A stretch of DNA of 64,000 nucleotides, taken from assembly GCA_028534125.1 (NCBI GenBank), contig CM052818.1:49664001-49728000 (forward strand), given 5' to 3'. Positions 52,779-64,000 of the stretch are shown here, piece after piece; the stretch's first letter is position 1, and every line of letters starts with the position of its first letter. The notes under the pieces were generated by a model. It saw only the letters and a list, made by a program, of their open reading frames with translations. It had not been told where the DNA came from and ran no database searches. The DNA comes from Lama glama (Eukaryota). The translations under genes and the position numbers were made by a program.

Positions 52779-53630
52779 CTAGAGAACAATGAGTTCTCTC
52801 ATCCTAGTGCCCGTGTGGGCTTCCGGGGCAGAAACACTTTGGGATGAAAATTAACGGTGGATGCCTAGTGGAACTCTTCAATGAAAACACTGCTAAAGAG
52901 CAAGTCCCAGGGGTAATAAACAGAATAAAGGCCTGGGTTGCTTGGTTTGTTTTTTCCATCCTGATCAAAATAGCCTCTGGGTGGTGTTGGCAGAAGATGG
53001 GCAGGGATGGTCAGGGATGAACCTCGAGATGCCCCCCACCTTGAGGATTCCTAGAAAGAGGAAGCCAGGCTGATGGTGTGAGCCTTCCAGTAAAAACCAG
53101 GCTGCTCCCACAGACCGTGGCGTACCTTGGTCAGCCTGAACCTCGCAACAGTTTTCTGTGGAAGGGCCTGCTGGCTTTTGCTGTTTTTTATTCCCTGTCT
53201 GCCGTGGATCAACTTTTGTAAAACACACCACCAATTAATTCCCAGACCAACTTTGACAACCAAGACTGTACCAAAAACACAAGCCAAATTGTTTACTGAA
53301 TTCAGCAGACATAAAGTTACTTTGTCAAATTGCTATAGAAAGTACTTAAACCATCAATTTCTGTCTTTATCTCACTGGCTAACATTTTCAGACGGGTCAG
53401 GCGAGCAGCCGCCTCCCAGGAGAAGCACTGCCAGGACCTGGCTGCGGTGGCGGTCCCTCGGACACGGGTTGCACCACCCACTGGGGAAACACCTGCACCA
53501 TCACACAGGGCACATACACACAAGTGAGCTGTGCTGGGCCTCGGGTCCCAGAGAACCACCATGCACAGCCAGGTGAGCAGGGCTGTGCTAACCCCCAAGA
53601 CAAGCCCTCATTCTTTGCGGAGCATTGTAC

Positions 53631-53710
53631 CTCAGCAATGGCTTCAAACTCCTCAGGGGTGGCCCCCGCTCCCGTCCTGACTTCTCGTTGAGGGATTTCT
53701 GGTTGTTTAC
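53631..53710 (-). CDS. ALLC: ALLC coding exon 5, 80 nt
   Basis: ctgcag|GT KQPEIPQREVRTGAGATPEEFEAIAE|gtacaa. Confidence 0.92.
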
Positions 53711-54770
53711 CTGCAGTTAGAGTGACTATTAGGGTTACAGTTTGTGCTCAAGATCAAAGAGAATACCCTCTCCCAGTGGGTTGCACAGTGACTTTCGTTT
53801 TACCAACTTGCACCAAAGACACCGTTTCTCAAGTCAGAGCATCAGGTGATCAAAGTAACAGACACATGTGTTCAAGTTCCTCAGTATTTAAACTGACTTC
53901 AAAAGTGGTGCCGAACCTCCGCTTGTCAAAGAGTAAATGAGGTTTCCAAGTTCAGTCAGACCTCAGCGGATTTATCACATGACCAGAGTCTTCAAAAACA
54001 TGGGTGAATAAAGTTCTGGAATATTGTAAGTCAGTTCCAGAAACACTCCTTCCACCAATGGCATCCTTAGAATTGGAACTTGGGTGACTCAGAAGTTGAA
54101 GCCCTCGTGGACAGGTTACTGAGAGAATCTCACTCATTATCACTGGTTCTTTCCTGCCTCTAAGAGAGCATCTCTCCCACCATCAGGTGACCTTTCAGGG
54201 TCCCCAGCTCTTTCTGGAGCAGGAACCATTCACTCCCACAGAGCCTCGGCCAGCGCTGTGCACAGAGTGCTCTCGGGATAAATCCCCCAGCTGACCCGAC
54301 TTTCCTTCCCTAAATACATGCATAGACGTGTACATAATGGTATGGTGTTTCTAAAAATATCAACTCTGAGACCAGCATCAGGTGATGCCGAGTTAAGAAC
54401 TTTAGGATTCATACAGTGCAGCCATCCAGGATGCAGGAAGGACCCTTCCTGGGGCCCCGGTAGTTGCCACATTGCTAGGCAGACTCGGCAGTTGAAGGGG
54501 GAGCTGGCCACTGGCCCCACAGCTGACTCAGACCTGCTCCACCTCGTCCAGCACCTCTGGGCAGCCCGTCCCCACCACCCTCCCCAGCAACCTGCTCACC
54601 CAACCTCATAATCACGTGAGGGTGCGCCCCCGGGGTGAGGCCTGCAGAGAGCGGGGATAATGACAGCTAAATCGGGTCAAAAAATACTGTCAAGCTAACA
54701 ATCAAAAATCACAGAGCGCCCTGCTGGGAATCTGCCTCGTGAAGCTCCACGGCAGGAAGGGGACAGGTCA

Positions 54771-55019
<249 letters not shown>

Positions 55020-55336
55020 TCAGACAGCGCGGCAGATCGAGCCCGAGACCAGACAAAACCGAGACGAAACGGACCCCACAGGAAAAGGCTCTCAGCTGAG
55101 TCCTCAGCCGCGCCTTCAAGGCCTCCCGCAGGGCGGCCCCACGCGGCTGCTGCCCCCACGTGTCCTCAGTTCTAATCAGACCAGAAACGTGCACAGGCCT
55201 TGGCTTCAACGACACCCGTTCTGATCCCAGACTGACTGCTTCGCGGGGGCGTCTTGGGTGAATTGCCTGCCCTCTCTGAGCCTCACGTCTTCAACTGCAA
55301 ATCAGGGCCTCCTGCTAAAAGCTGACCCCAAGGCGT

Positions 55337-55622
<286 letters not shown>

Positions 55623-55959
55623 TTAACATTCACGCGAGAGCCTGGGCTTCCAGCCAATGAACTTCGGCCCCAAAGGGACAGATGGACGGTGCAGACAGGG
55701 ACCCTGGGGGAGTCCTAAGCTGGCCTGCGGTGTCTCCCCACCTTCACGCACAGGTAGCCCACACCAGTCAGGGGGTGCCTCCCTATCTTTGTAGTTCACA
55801 CAATTAGCCCCTGACTGCAGTAAGTAAAACACGTCACAGTTCACTCCACAGGGTCCACAAACAAGGGCGACTCCCACCCGCCACCCAGGTACCTCCGGCA
55901 AGGCCATCGGAACCGAGTGAGAAAGAAGAGTTAGATTCACAAAGCCGCCCGAGAAGACG

Positions 55960-56835
55960 GCTTAACAAGGGATCCAGCCCGCGTCACGGGAAGAGCAGGC
56001 TGGACCTGGGACCGGCTGAGCGCTCAGCCCCGCCCGGAGCCGCCCCGCCCGCCCTGCGCTCTGACCTCGCACAGGCCGGCGTGCGCTCGGCCCAGAGCCT
56101 CACGGGTCCTGAGACCAACGCTGAGTCCCCGCGGCTTCACCTCAGGACGGGGTGGTGAGCACATCCCTCAAGCTGGTTACAAAGCTGAAATAATCCTTGT
56201 GAATGTCCCTTGAATAGTGCAGACTCTGAGAAGTTGTTCTGGGCTGGGGGCGGGGCCGGGAATGGGGCGTGTCTCCTTTTCCCATCGGGTCAGGTGCAAG
56301 CAGGAGCTGGGGCTTCTGCTCCGGGAAACCCGCCCCGCGGGTGGGCGCGGGGGTCGGTTTTTTCCCCTCCAAACGACACTGGAATGAGAATTTTCTTCCT
56401 ATCTCTGCGCACGGGGGCAAACACTGTGAATCTGGGGAACAGCGAGGTCAAGGTGTGCAGGCGTTTAAATTCTTCAGAGAGAGACACACGGTGACTCGTA
56501 AGAGCCACACACTCCGGCTGTGTGGCCCAGAACAAGCTCAGCAACATCTCTGTTCTTTGTTTTATTATCATTTCCCCCGAGGAGTGAGTCCTCCTGTGCG
56601 AGGGGTCCTCAGAGGGTCACACTTCAGCGTGCCCCGGGGCTGGCCAGGTCCCGCCCGGGAGGAGCAAGGGCTCCACCAGGGAGGCCAGCGGGCCAGGGCG
56701 CAGCGGGGGCCGGAGCCCGGGCGGCGTCCCCCACACGCCGGGCGCCGGGGCTCACCGCGGCTCACGGGACAGCGCGCGCTTGTCTCACCGGTGGGGCGGG
56801 CGGCCGGGCTCCGGCGGGGCTCCGGTCTTCCCTAG
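55960..56835. promoter_or_regulatory. Intragenic CpG-rich region in ALLC intron between coding exons 2 and 3
   Basis: Dense CpG blocks at ~55960-56140 and ~56630-56830; GC boxes ccccgccc (~56043) and ggggcggggc (~56246). Confidence 0.55.
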
Positions 56836-57190
56836 GTGTGTCAGTATTTTGTGTTTTTCATAAGCATGTTCTACAGTTTTTATAACTAGACAGGCAAAAT
56901 GTTTTTTAAAAATTCAAGTTGTGCACCACTTTTCTCCCCAACACGGATGATGATTGCCACGTGGGGCAGAGAGCAACCCTGTGACTCCCCCAGACTCCGT
57001 GTCAGGTCCCTCTCTGTCCCTGCCGTGAGTGGAGGCTGATTTCTACACGTTTCTACAGTCCTAATACGCTAATTCACTCGTTGACATCTCGTGACTCCCA
57101 CCCCAAGTACAGGGGGAGATGCTCGTTAAGGCAGCTGCATGCATCGCCCCCCACCCCACACTGTGCATCACAGAGGCCAATTTACAGTAC

Positions 57191-57241
57191 CTTTATCAGG
57201 TTCTCTGCAGGAGCAAAAAAGTCATCTGTTGCAAATAAAAT
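57191..57241 (-). CDS. ALLC: ALLC coding exon 2, 51 nt
   Basis: gtccag|ILFATDDFFAPAENLIK|gtactg. Confidence 0.95.
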
Positions 57242-58457
57242 CTGGACAGGTGAAGAGGTAAAGATAAAATAACCGTAAATTAAAACCATTTTATTTCATT
57301 CCCCAGTGAAACGTTCAGAGATGCAGTAAAAGGAAGATGTGGAATTGCCCAGGGGGAGAGGAACCAGAGGCAGTGAAGCCACGATGCTGTGTAAGTGTTC
57401 GGCTGCCCTGCCCACCTCCCCCTTAATCTTTCCTTCCCATCCTTTTCTCTTAATCCCCTTTGCCATGTGGATGCAAAAGTTCTACCTTCTGACACTTGGA
57501 AAGAAAATAAACCACCTTCTTTTCCAGAACCGAGGGCACTGGACTTTGTGAATCTTTCATAAACAAAGAAGTGGCCAAAAAAGTCCCACCTGCGGCTCCG
57601 CCACCGGGCACACCCTGCAGGTGGGGTGGCCCAGGGATGCGTTAACCAAAGCAGGACATTTCTGAGAGGGATAATTACACCAACGGGTCACCCCATCCAC
57701 CTGGGCCCAGGGACAGCTGCCCTCTGCAGGGACACCATGCTCTGGGCTCTGACCCCCGCCCAGAACCTAAATTTACGGGAGGACCTGGCCGTCCTGGAGC
57801 GCCCGCTGTCTGGGTGGCCGAATCCCTCCCCTGCCCCTTCAGCCTCTCCTTGGCAGAGTCCCCAAGCGCACGGGGGGCTTCTCCTAGCCTCTCCAGGCTC
57901 GGGCTCGCCACGCCCCCAGGAGACTCCCTTCCCCACGTCCTCTGTCCAAACCTCCCCTCGCCCCTCGGCCTCGCCAGTTCCCCCCATCCCCGCCTGAGGT
58001 GTCCTCTGAGCATCACTTCCCTGTGTGACCCCCCCCCCGCCCCAGCAGGTGTGCCCCGCGGTGCCCTGTCCTGCCCTGACGCCAGCCTGGCCCGGCTGTC
58101 TCCTGGCAGAGCGCAGGGCCTTCCCTCTGAGCCTGGCCTCTCGCCTCTGCACATCGCACTCTGTCCAGTTCCCCAGGGGATCCCCTTCCCAAGCGTGACC
58201 CATACGCTGAGAACACGCGCAGAGGGACGGGGAATTCCTTCCACAGGCGCAAGATGTCCTTTTGTTTTAAACTTAAGGCAGTGCCGCCCTTGCTCCTAAC
58301 TGTAACCAATTCAGGGGGTTCTTTGGAAGCCTTTTGTGAGTGGCTTTCCTTGGGGGGCCCGATTCTTGCTGTTCCAGCCGGGGTCCCTGCCGTGGTGAGC
58401 CGGCGCCATGGCGTGAGCGCGTGGAGTCCCTGTTGCTGCTGTGAGAGACCCGCTTAC

Positions 58458-58547
58458 CGTTCCTCCTACGAACTCAGACGCCATGTCAGTCAGCTGGGTG
58501 AAGTGCGGAGGCCCGGCCCGCTTCCCTTCCCGGGGAGAATCAGCCAT
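58458..58547 (-). CDS. ALLC: ALLC coding exon 1 (exon begins 58552 after an AG acceptor, implying an upstream non-coding exon)
   Basis: ttgcag|GGAGC ATG ... MADSPREGKRAGPPHFTQLTDMASEFVGGT|gtaagc. Confidence 0.9.
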
Positions 58548-58704
58548 GCTCCCTGCAACGAGATGGCGGGCACGGTCAGCCTCTGGGGGCAGAGCCCTGC
58601 CGGCCACGGTCGCCCCGCCCCGGAGCCCGCGGTGCCCCTGTTCCCACCCTTTCTCCCTACCCTTCACGGCGGATAGAGACAACGGAAAAAGTGGTGTCTC
58701 AGAC

Positions 58705-58950
58705 TATGCTACATTTCCACCAGCAACGTGCAAGGGCTCCCATCTCCCACATCCTCGCCAGCAGCTGGTGCTGTCCGTCTGGTTTAACGGCCTTCCCGTG
58801 GGTGTGTGCCGGGGTCTCACTGCGACTTAAAGCTGCACTCCCCTCATGACTAATGATGTGGACTACATTTTTGTGTGCTTATTAGCCACTTGTGTATCTT
58901 CTTCAATGTAATGCCTATTCAAATATTTTGCCCTATTTTTAATTAAATTT
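58705..58950 (-). mobile_element. Old L1 fragment
   Basis: ccaccagcaacgtgcaagggctccc...tcatgactaatgatgtgga...tattcaaatattttgccc. Confidence 0.7.
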
Positions 58951-59157
58951 TCTGGTATTTAAAAAATAATCAAAATGGTCTTATACTTTGACAACAGGAA
59001 ACTACTACATAGCCTGGATAAAATTCAAACCTGTATAATTTGAGACTTTTTCAGCCAAGATAATTAATGCTTTCCATTCATGTGGTATGGTTTGCTTAAA
59101 ACAGATGAAGGTTGGCTTTGACAATAAAACTGTATAAAGGAAAAAAAAAATTACCTC

Positions 59158-59262
59158 AGGGAGGTGGGTGTAACTGAGTTGTAGAGCAGGTGCTTACCGA
59201 GCACGAGGTCCTAGGTTCAGTCCACAGCACCTCCACTCACAAAGCAAATACAGTAAAATAAA
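59158..59262 (+). mobile_element. Vic-1-like SINE
   Basis: gtgtaactgagttgtagagc...gcacgaggtcctaggttcagtcc. Confidence 0.75.
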
Positions 59263-59277
59263 AAATGTTATCTCCTG

Positions 59278-59902
59278 ACCCAGGAATCCTGCTCCTGGGC
59301 ATCTATCCAAAAGGAACCCTACTTCAGGATGACACCTGCACCCCAATGTTCATAGCAGCACTATTAACAACAGCCAAGACATGGAAACAGCCTAAATGTC
59401 CATCAACGGATGACTGGATAAAGAAGAGGTGACATATTTATACAATGGAATACTACTCAGCCATAGAAAAGAATGAAATCATGCCATTTGCAGCAACATG
59501 GATGGACCTGTAGATCCTCACTCTAAGTGAAGTAAGCCAGAAAGAGAAAGAAAAATACCATGAGATTGCTCATATGTGGAATCTAAAACAAAACAAAAAA
59601 AAAAACACACCAAAGCATAAATACAAAACAGAAATAGACTCAGAGACATAGAATACAAACTTGTAGTTGCCAGGGGGGCAGAGGGTAGGAAGGGATAGAC
59701 GGGATTTCAAAATTGTAGAATAGATAAACAAGATTATACTGTATAGCACAGGGAAATATACACAAGATCTTATGGTAGCTCACGGAGAAAAAAATGTGAC
59801 AATGAATATATATATGTTCATGTATAACTGAAAAATTGTGCTCTACACTGGAATTTGACAGAATATTGTAAAATGATTATAAATTAATAAAAGATGTTTT
59901 TA
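59278..59902 (+). mobile_element. Young 5'-truncated L1 with TSD
   Basis: 3'UTR closely similar to 39940-41018; TSD aaaaa(tgt/cgg)tatctcctg at 59261-59277 and 59903-59919. Confidence 0.92.
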
Positions 59903-60699
59903 AAAAACGGTATCTCCTGCAGAATTATTCTTACTCAAAAGAAGAAACACAAATGGTCATTGGACAATGGAAGAAGTCCCCTCTCCCTTGAAATCACAAG
60001 AATGTGATTAATGATAAAACGACTTTCTCCCTGTGAAATGGACACTGTTTTTAAACCGCAGGCACCACATGGTTGCTCTAGGGAACGTGCGTGGGAACAA
60101 TCTCTGGGGAAAGAAGTGGGAACAGCTGTGAACCGGGCGGGGGGCCCGGCAGCTCTCCCGCAGTCCCCGGCCCCCGGACCTCCCCAGGCAGGAGGGTCCC
60201 TGCCCTCCACGCCTCTACCCTCGGCCCCCATGGGCTCAACCAGTCTCCCGGCTTCTAACATCGTCCACACGCCACTTCTCCCAAATGCACGTCACCTCCT
60301 GGACTTCCACCTGCCAGCTCCAAATACCTCCCTCTGGGTGTGTGGCCTTCTTGGCGCCACCGGTCCTGCCCTCGGCTCCCCACCCCCTACCATCCCCACA
60401 CCCACCTCGCCCGCCTGCGTCCCCTCATCCCCGCCAGGGGCGCTCCTGTCCTCCCAGCCCCTCCAGCAGAAACCGTGGCGTCGTCTTCCATTCGTCCTCC
60501 TTCCCCTACACCTCACATCCAATCTGCAGGAAAATCACGTCCACCTTCAAATTAGATCGAGAGCCTTGAAATGGTATCTGGAATTTTCATTGAAAAAATC
60601 TGGAGAATTTTCTTCGAAGTTGTCTAAGAGGGAGGTGGATAAGGGCCCATGTGAAACAAGGCGGAGAGAGAACATGGCGTGGGGGTGCCTTCACCATCT

Positions 60700-61640
60700 C
60701 TCCAGGATCATTGGGACATCCCGACCCGCCTCCCTAAGCCCACCCTTCCCTCCCCACGGACTGTTCGCAGCGCAGCGCCCAGAGCGATCTTTCGAAAACT
60801 CAAGTCAGATAATTAAAACCCCTGCGATGGTTCCCGTTGGCTCAGAGTAGGAGCTGGTCTCCTTACAATGGCCGCAAGACCTCCCTCCTCGGGGCCCCAT
60901 GCTCTCTGACCCAGCCTCGCTTACTGCCCTGACCCCCGCTCCAGCTGCGCTATCCTGCCGGCCCCTTGTTCACGGTACAGGCGTGTCCTGCCTCCGGGAT
61001 TTGGCAATGGCTGTTCCCTCTGCCGGGACGCTCTTCCCGGGCACCTGTGCGGCTCACCCCTCACCCCTCACCTCTGGCCAAAACTCTGCTTGAAGTCACC
61101 TTCTCAGTAAAGCCCACCCTCCGCTTGTGGCGGTGTCTCCACTCCCCCCAGCGCTGCCAACACTCCGAGCCTGTTTGGTTTCTGTGGCAGACGGACGCCT
61201 GTGTGATCTGCCTGCTTGTTTGTTTAGCTGGATGGTTGGTTTAGTTAGTTGAAGTATAGCTGCTGTACAATATTATAAACTTACAGCTGTACCATATAGT
61301 CCATTTACAGTTATTGTAAAATATTGCCTACTTTCCCCGTGTTGTGCAGTGCACCCTTGTAGCTTGTTTGATACCTAATAGTTTGCCTCTTAATCCCCTC
61401 CCTGTCCGGCTCCGCCCCTTGCCCTGCCCCCACTGGTGCCACCAGTTTGTTCTCTAGATCTGTGAGTCTGCTTCTTTTTTGTTATATTCATGAGTCTTTT
61501 ATGCTCTGTCTTTCCCAGTTAGAGGTGCTCCGTGAGGACAGCGACTTTGTTTAGTCTGCCGGTGCGTCTCCAGGGCTTGGCTGTTGCCTGGCATGTACAG
61601 GACGCTCAGTAAATATTTGTTGAATAAATGAATGAGTGCA
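60700..61640 (+). mobile_element. L2 remnant, interrupted by a minus-strand L1 3'UTR fragment (~61248-61490)
   Basis: gctgttccctctgcc...aagtcaccttctcagt...ctcagtaaatatttgttgaataaatgaatga. Confidence 0.6.
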
Positions 61641-61769
61641 TAATGCTTTCTAACTTGTTTCGTGTTACAAAACACTGTTCCCGAAACGGACTAAAACCTT
61701 TCTGAGGATGAAGAAGAGCAGAAGAAATCCACTGACATTTACTGAGTTTACGATCCTGTCGTGCACAGT

Positions 61770-61900
61770 TCATGTATTTTATCTCATTTTCGTCCTCAGA
61801 ACCACATTGCGAGTTTGGTATTATCCACATCTTACAAATGAAGAAAATGCCTCCTTGAGCAGCCAAGCAAATTGTCCCAGCCACGCAGCTGGGAAGCGAC
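61770..61900. mobile_element. MIR-like remnant
   Basis: ggtattatccacatcttacaaatgaagaaaat...ttgtcccagccacgcagct. Confidence 0.5.
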
Positions 61901-64000
61901 CCATGTTCCCAAATATGTACGACTGATATTTGAAAGTCTTAGCAGAGCAACAGCACACGTGTCACACGAGGGACGGTTACACAAGCAAACGTTCCATCGT
62001 GACCTGTTCACTGGCAGCCAAGTGTGGCGCTTGCACAACCTCCAGGCACCAGGCCGCGCGCTGGGGTACACCTGCTCCCAGGGGGCTCACGGCCGAGGGT
62101 GGGGACACAGCGTCAGAGACGCCGGTGACGGAGGCGCCCTCACGCAGGAAAGGGGCACTGAGGACACACACCCCGCGAGCCCCTCGAGGCGGGCGCTGAG
62201 CTGGGAGCAGAGGAAGGGAGGCAGCACGTGGCGGGGTGGGTCCCGGGGCCGCGGCAGCTGGGTGACCACAGCCTGGAAGCCACTGGCCACGTGCAGCCAT
62301 TTCATACATTTTAAATTCATTACAGTTAAATAAAAGGTGCAGAAGCTTTCCATCCCCGCAGGACGTTTACTGGCTGGAGGAGCTCTGAGGAGAGCCTGGC
62401 CTAGAGCCCCCATCCCCCCAACAAAGCCACCCCGACTTCTAAGGCCAAGCTGCAGCCACCACTCACCCGCCGGGCAGACAGCCTCGCGTCAGCTGGCCAA
62501 GCCGCTTCCTTCCTGAGGCCTTCGGGGCGGCTGTCAGGGCCCAGACACCCGCTTTGCTCAGCTCTGTCGGCCTCCCCGCGGCAATGGGGCTCCAAGGCGC
62601 GAGGCAGAGGCTAGGCCCGGAGGCCGCAGACTCAGCAGGGCCAAGCCAGAGTCACCTGGGCTCCCCTGGACCCCAACGGCTTAGTGCTGGCCCTGTATCC
62701 CACCTACCCCGCAGGGCCAGGCCAGTCGTGCACCCGCTCTCGACGCTGTTTCTCGGCCAGCTGCAGCGAGCTCAGGAGGGCCCAGGACCGAGCATCCGAA
62801 CCTTTGCCTGAGTCAGGGGGGCCGCCTTGCCCACTCACTCAGCACCCCACCTGACGGGAGCAGCCAGGCACCACGGTGACGCGGGCACGGCCCGCACGCG
62901 CAGCCCTCTCCCGCCACTGGCCGCAGGGCAGGGGGAGGTGGAAGGCGCTCTTCTTCATCTTTACTGCCTTTTATCTTTTCCTGTGATGTGCCTCGGGCGA
63001 CACCGAACGGTCCGTATGATGCGCGAGCCAGAGGCTGCAGATTCAGGGGAGAACGAGATCAAGGGGAAGGGGCACTTACCCCTGTGTCCTGGGTGTCTGT
63101 CGGTCTCAGCGCTTCACGTTCTTCACTCCCATACCCCAAAAGTGGGCACTGCATTTAGACAATACAACACTTCGGCACATTTTTTAAAAAGCACATTTCC
63201 TTTCTGGAAATGAGTGTTTCCATTTGGAAAACAAATAGCTAAACGTGCTTCTTGGGCCCACGTTAGTCGGAGTTGCGGCGCCCTGGTGTGGCCAGCGGCA
63301 CCAGGGGTCAACACGCGGGTTCCGGAGCCTGTTTCTCAAAGTCGGTGAACACGCTTTGCTCGAGCTCGTTAAAACACGTACATATATATATATATATATA
63401 GTTATCAAAGAGCGCCTCAGAACCAGGTGGAAGTTTCCAAGACTAATGTTTGTTCCCAAGTGAACTCTGACATTCGGAAACATCTGTTTCAATCGGCAGG
63501 ACGACTTTGGTTTGGTGCAGAAACTCTCCGCAGCATCTTCCCGGGCCTTCCCGCGGGCCGACGTCTGCTCCCCACCCCGAGCCTGCAAGCTTGTCTAGAA
63601 AGGCGGCGCCGCAAAGAGACCTTGCCGCGACTCCAGGGCCCAGCTACTCAGAGGCCTTATCATCCTCCTGGCAAAGCTTCACTTGGCGCTACTCAGGTGT
63701 GTTCCCAATGTGTTACAGGGAGATGAAAGGAAAACAAACAGGCTTTTGTGAAATACTGCCGAGGAGCCACGGTAGGGAGCTCTCGGAGTGTTACGCTCTG
63801 AAAGCGATTTAATAAAAATTCGAGGGCAGGAGCGGGAGGTGAAGTCCAGCCACTGTTCCCTCTGGCCACTCACACCCGCTTCTGCTACCTTGTGTTCAGA
63901 CAGAGCATTTCAGTGGCAGAGACACTCAGCCCTGGTCCTGAACACGCAGGTCAAATGCTGGCAGGGGGCCTACGTGCTCCCCGGTTGCGTTAAGGTGTGA

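Noticed and set aside
53780..54060. Possible hAT/Charlie transposase remnant
   Set aside because: Only a faint motif resemblance; needs a Dfam search.
60011..60850. 279-aa plus-strand ORF
   Set aside because: Pro/Ser-rich GC composition running into L2 sequence; no splice or homology support.

Overview
Mammalian genomic DNA, probably camelid (many copies of a tRNA-derived SINE resembling Vic-1, plus cetartiodactyl-type L1 3' ends). It is GC-rich and has one 500-N assembly gap (28421-28920). Two intron-containing genes lie in tandem on the minus strand. ALLC (allantoicase) has 11 coding exons, from the ATG at 58547 to the TAG at 37886, with a polyA signal at 37758-37763. About 0.8 kb downstream is DCDC2C (doublecortin domain containing 2C), ATG at 36944; exons 1 and 3-7 were found and the gene continues beyond position 1. 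The main observation is that ALLC looks inactivated. Coding exon 7 is 133 nt where reading-frame continuity needs 3n, about 23 nt are missing, and the frameshift leads to a TGA at 42038-42040. The first allantoicase repeat also has substitutions in its signature motifs ([15 protein letters not shown]). DCDC2C exon 2 could not be found and may lie in the gap. The rest is intronic: L1, SINE, LTR, L2/MIR, tandem repeats and possible regulatory elements. I found no convincing wholly novel biological system; most ORF-track entries are GC-rich or repeat artefacts. Orthologue comparisons rely on recalled sequences, not database searches.
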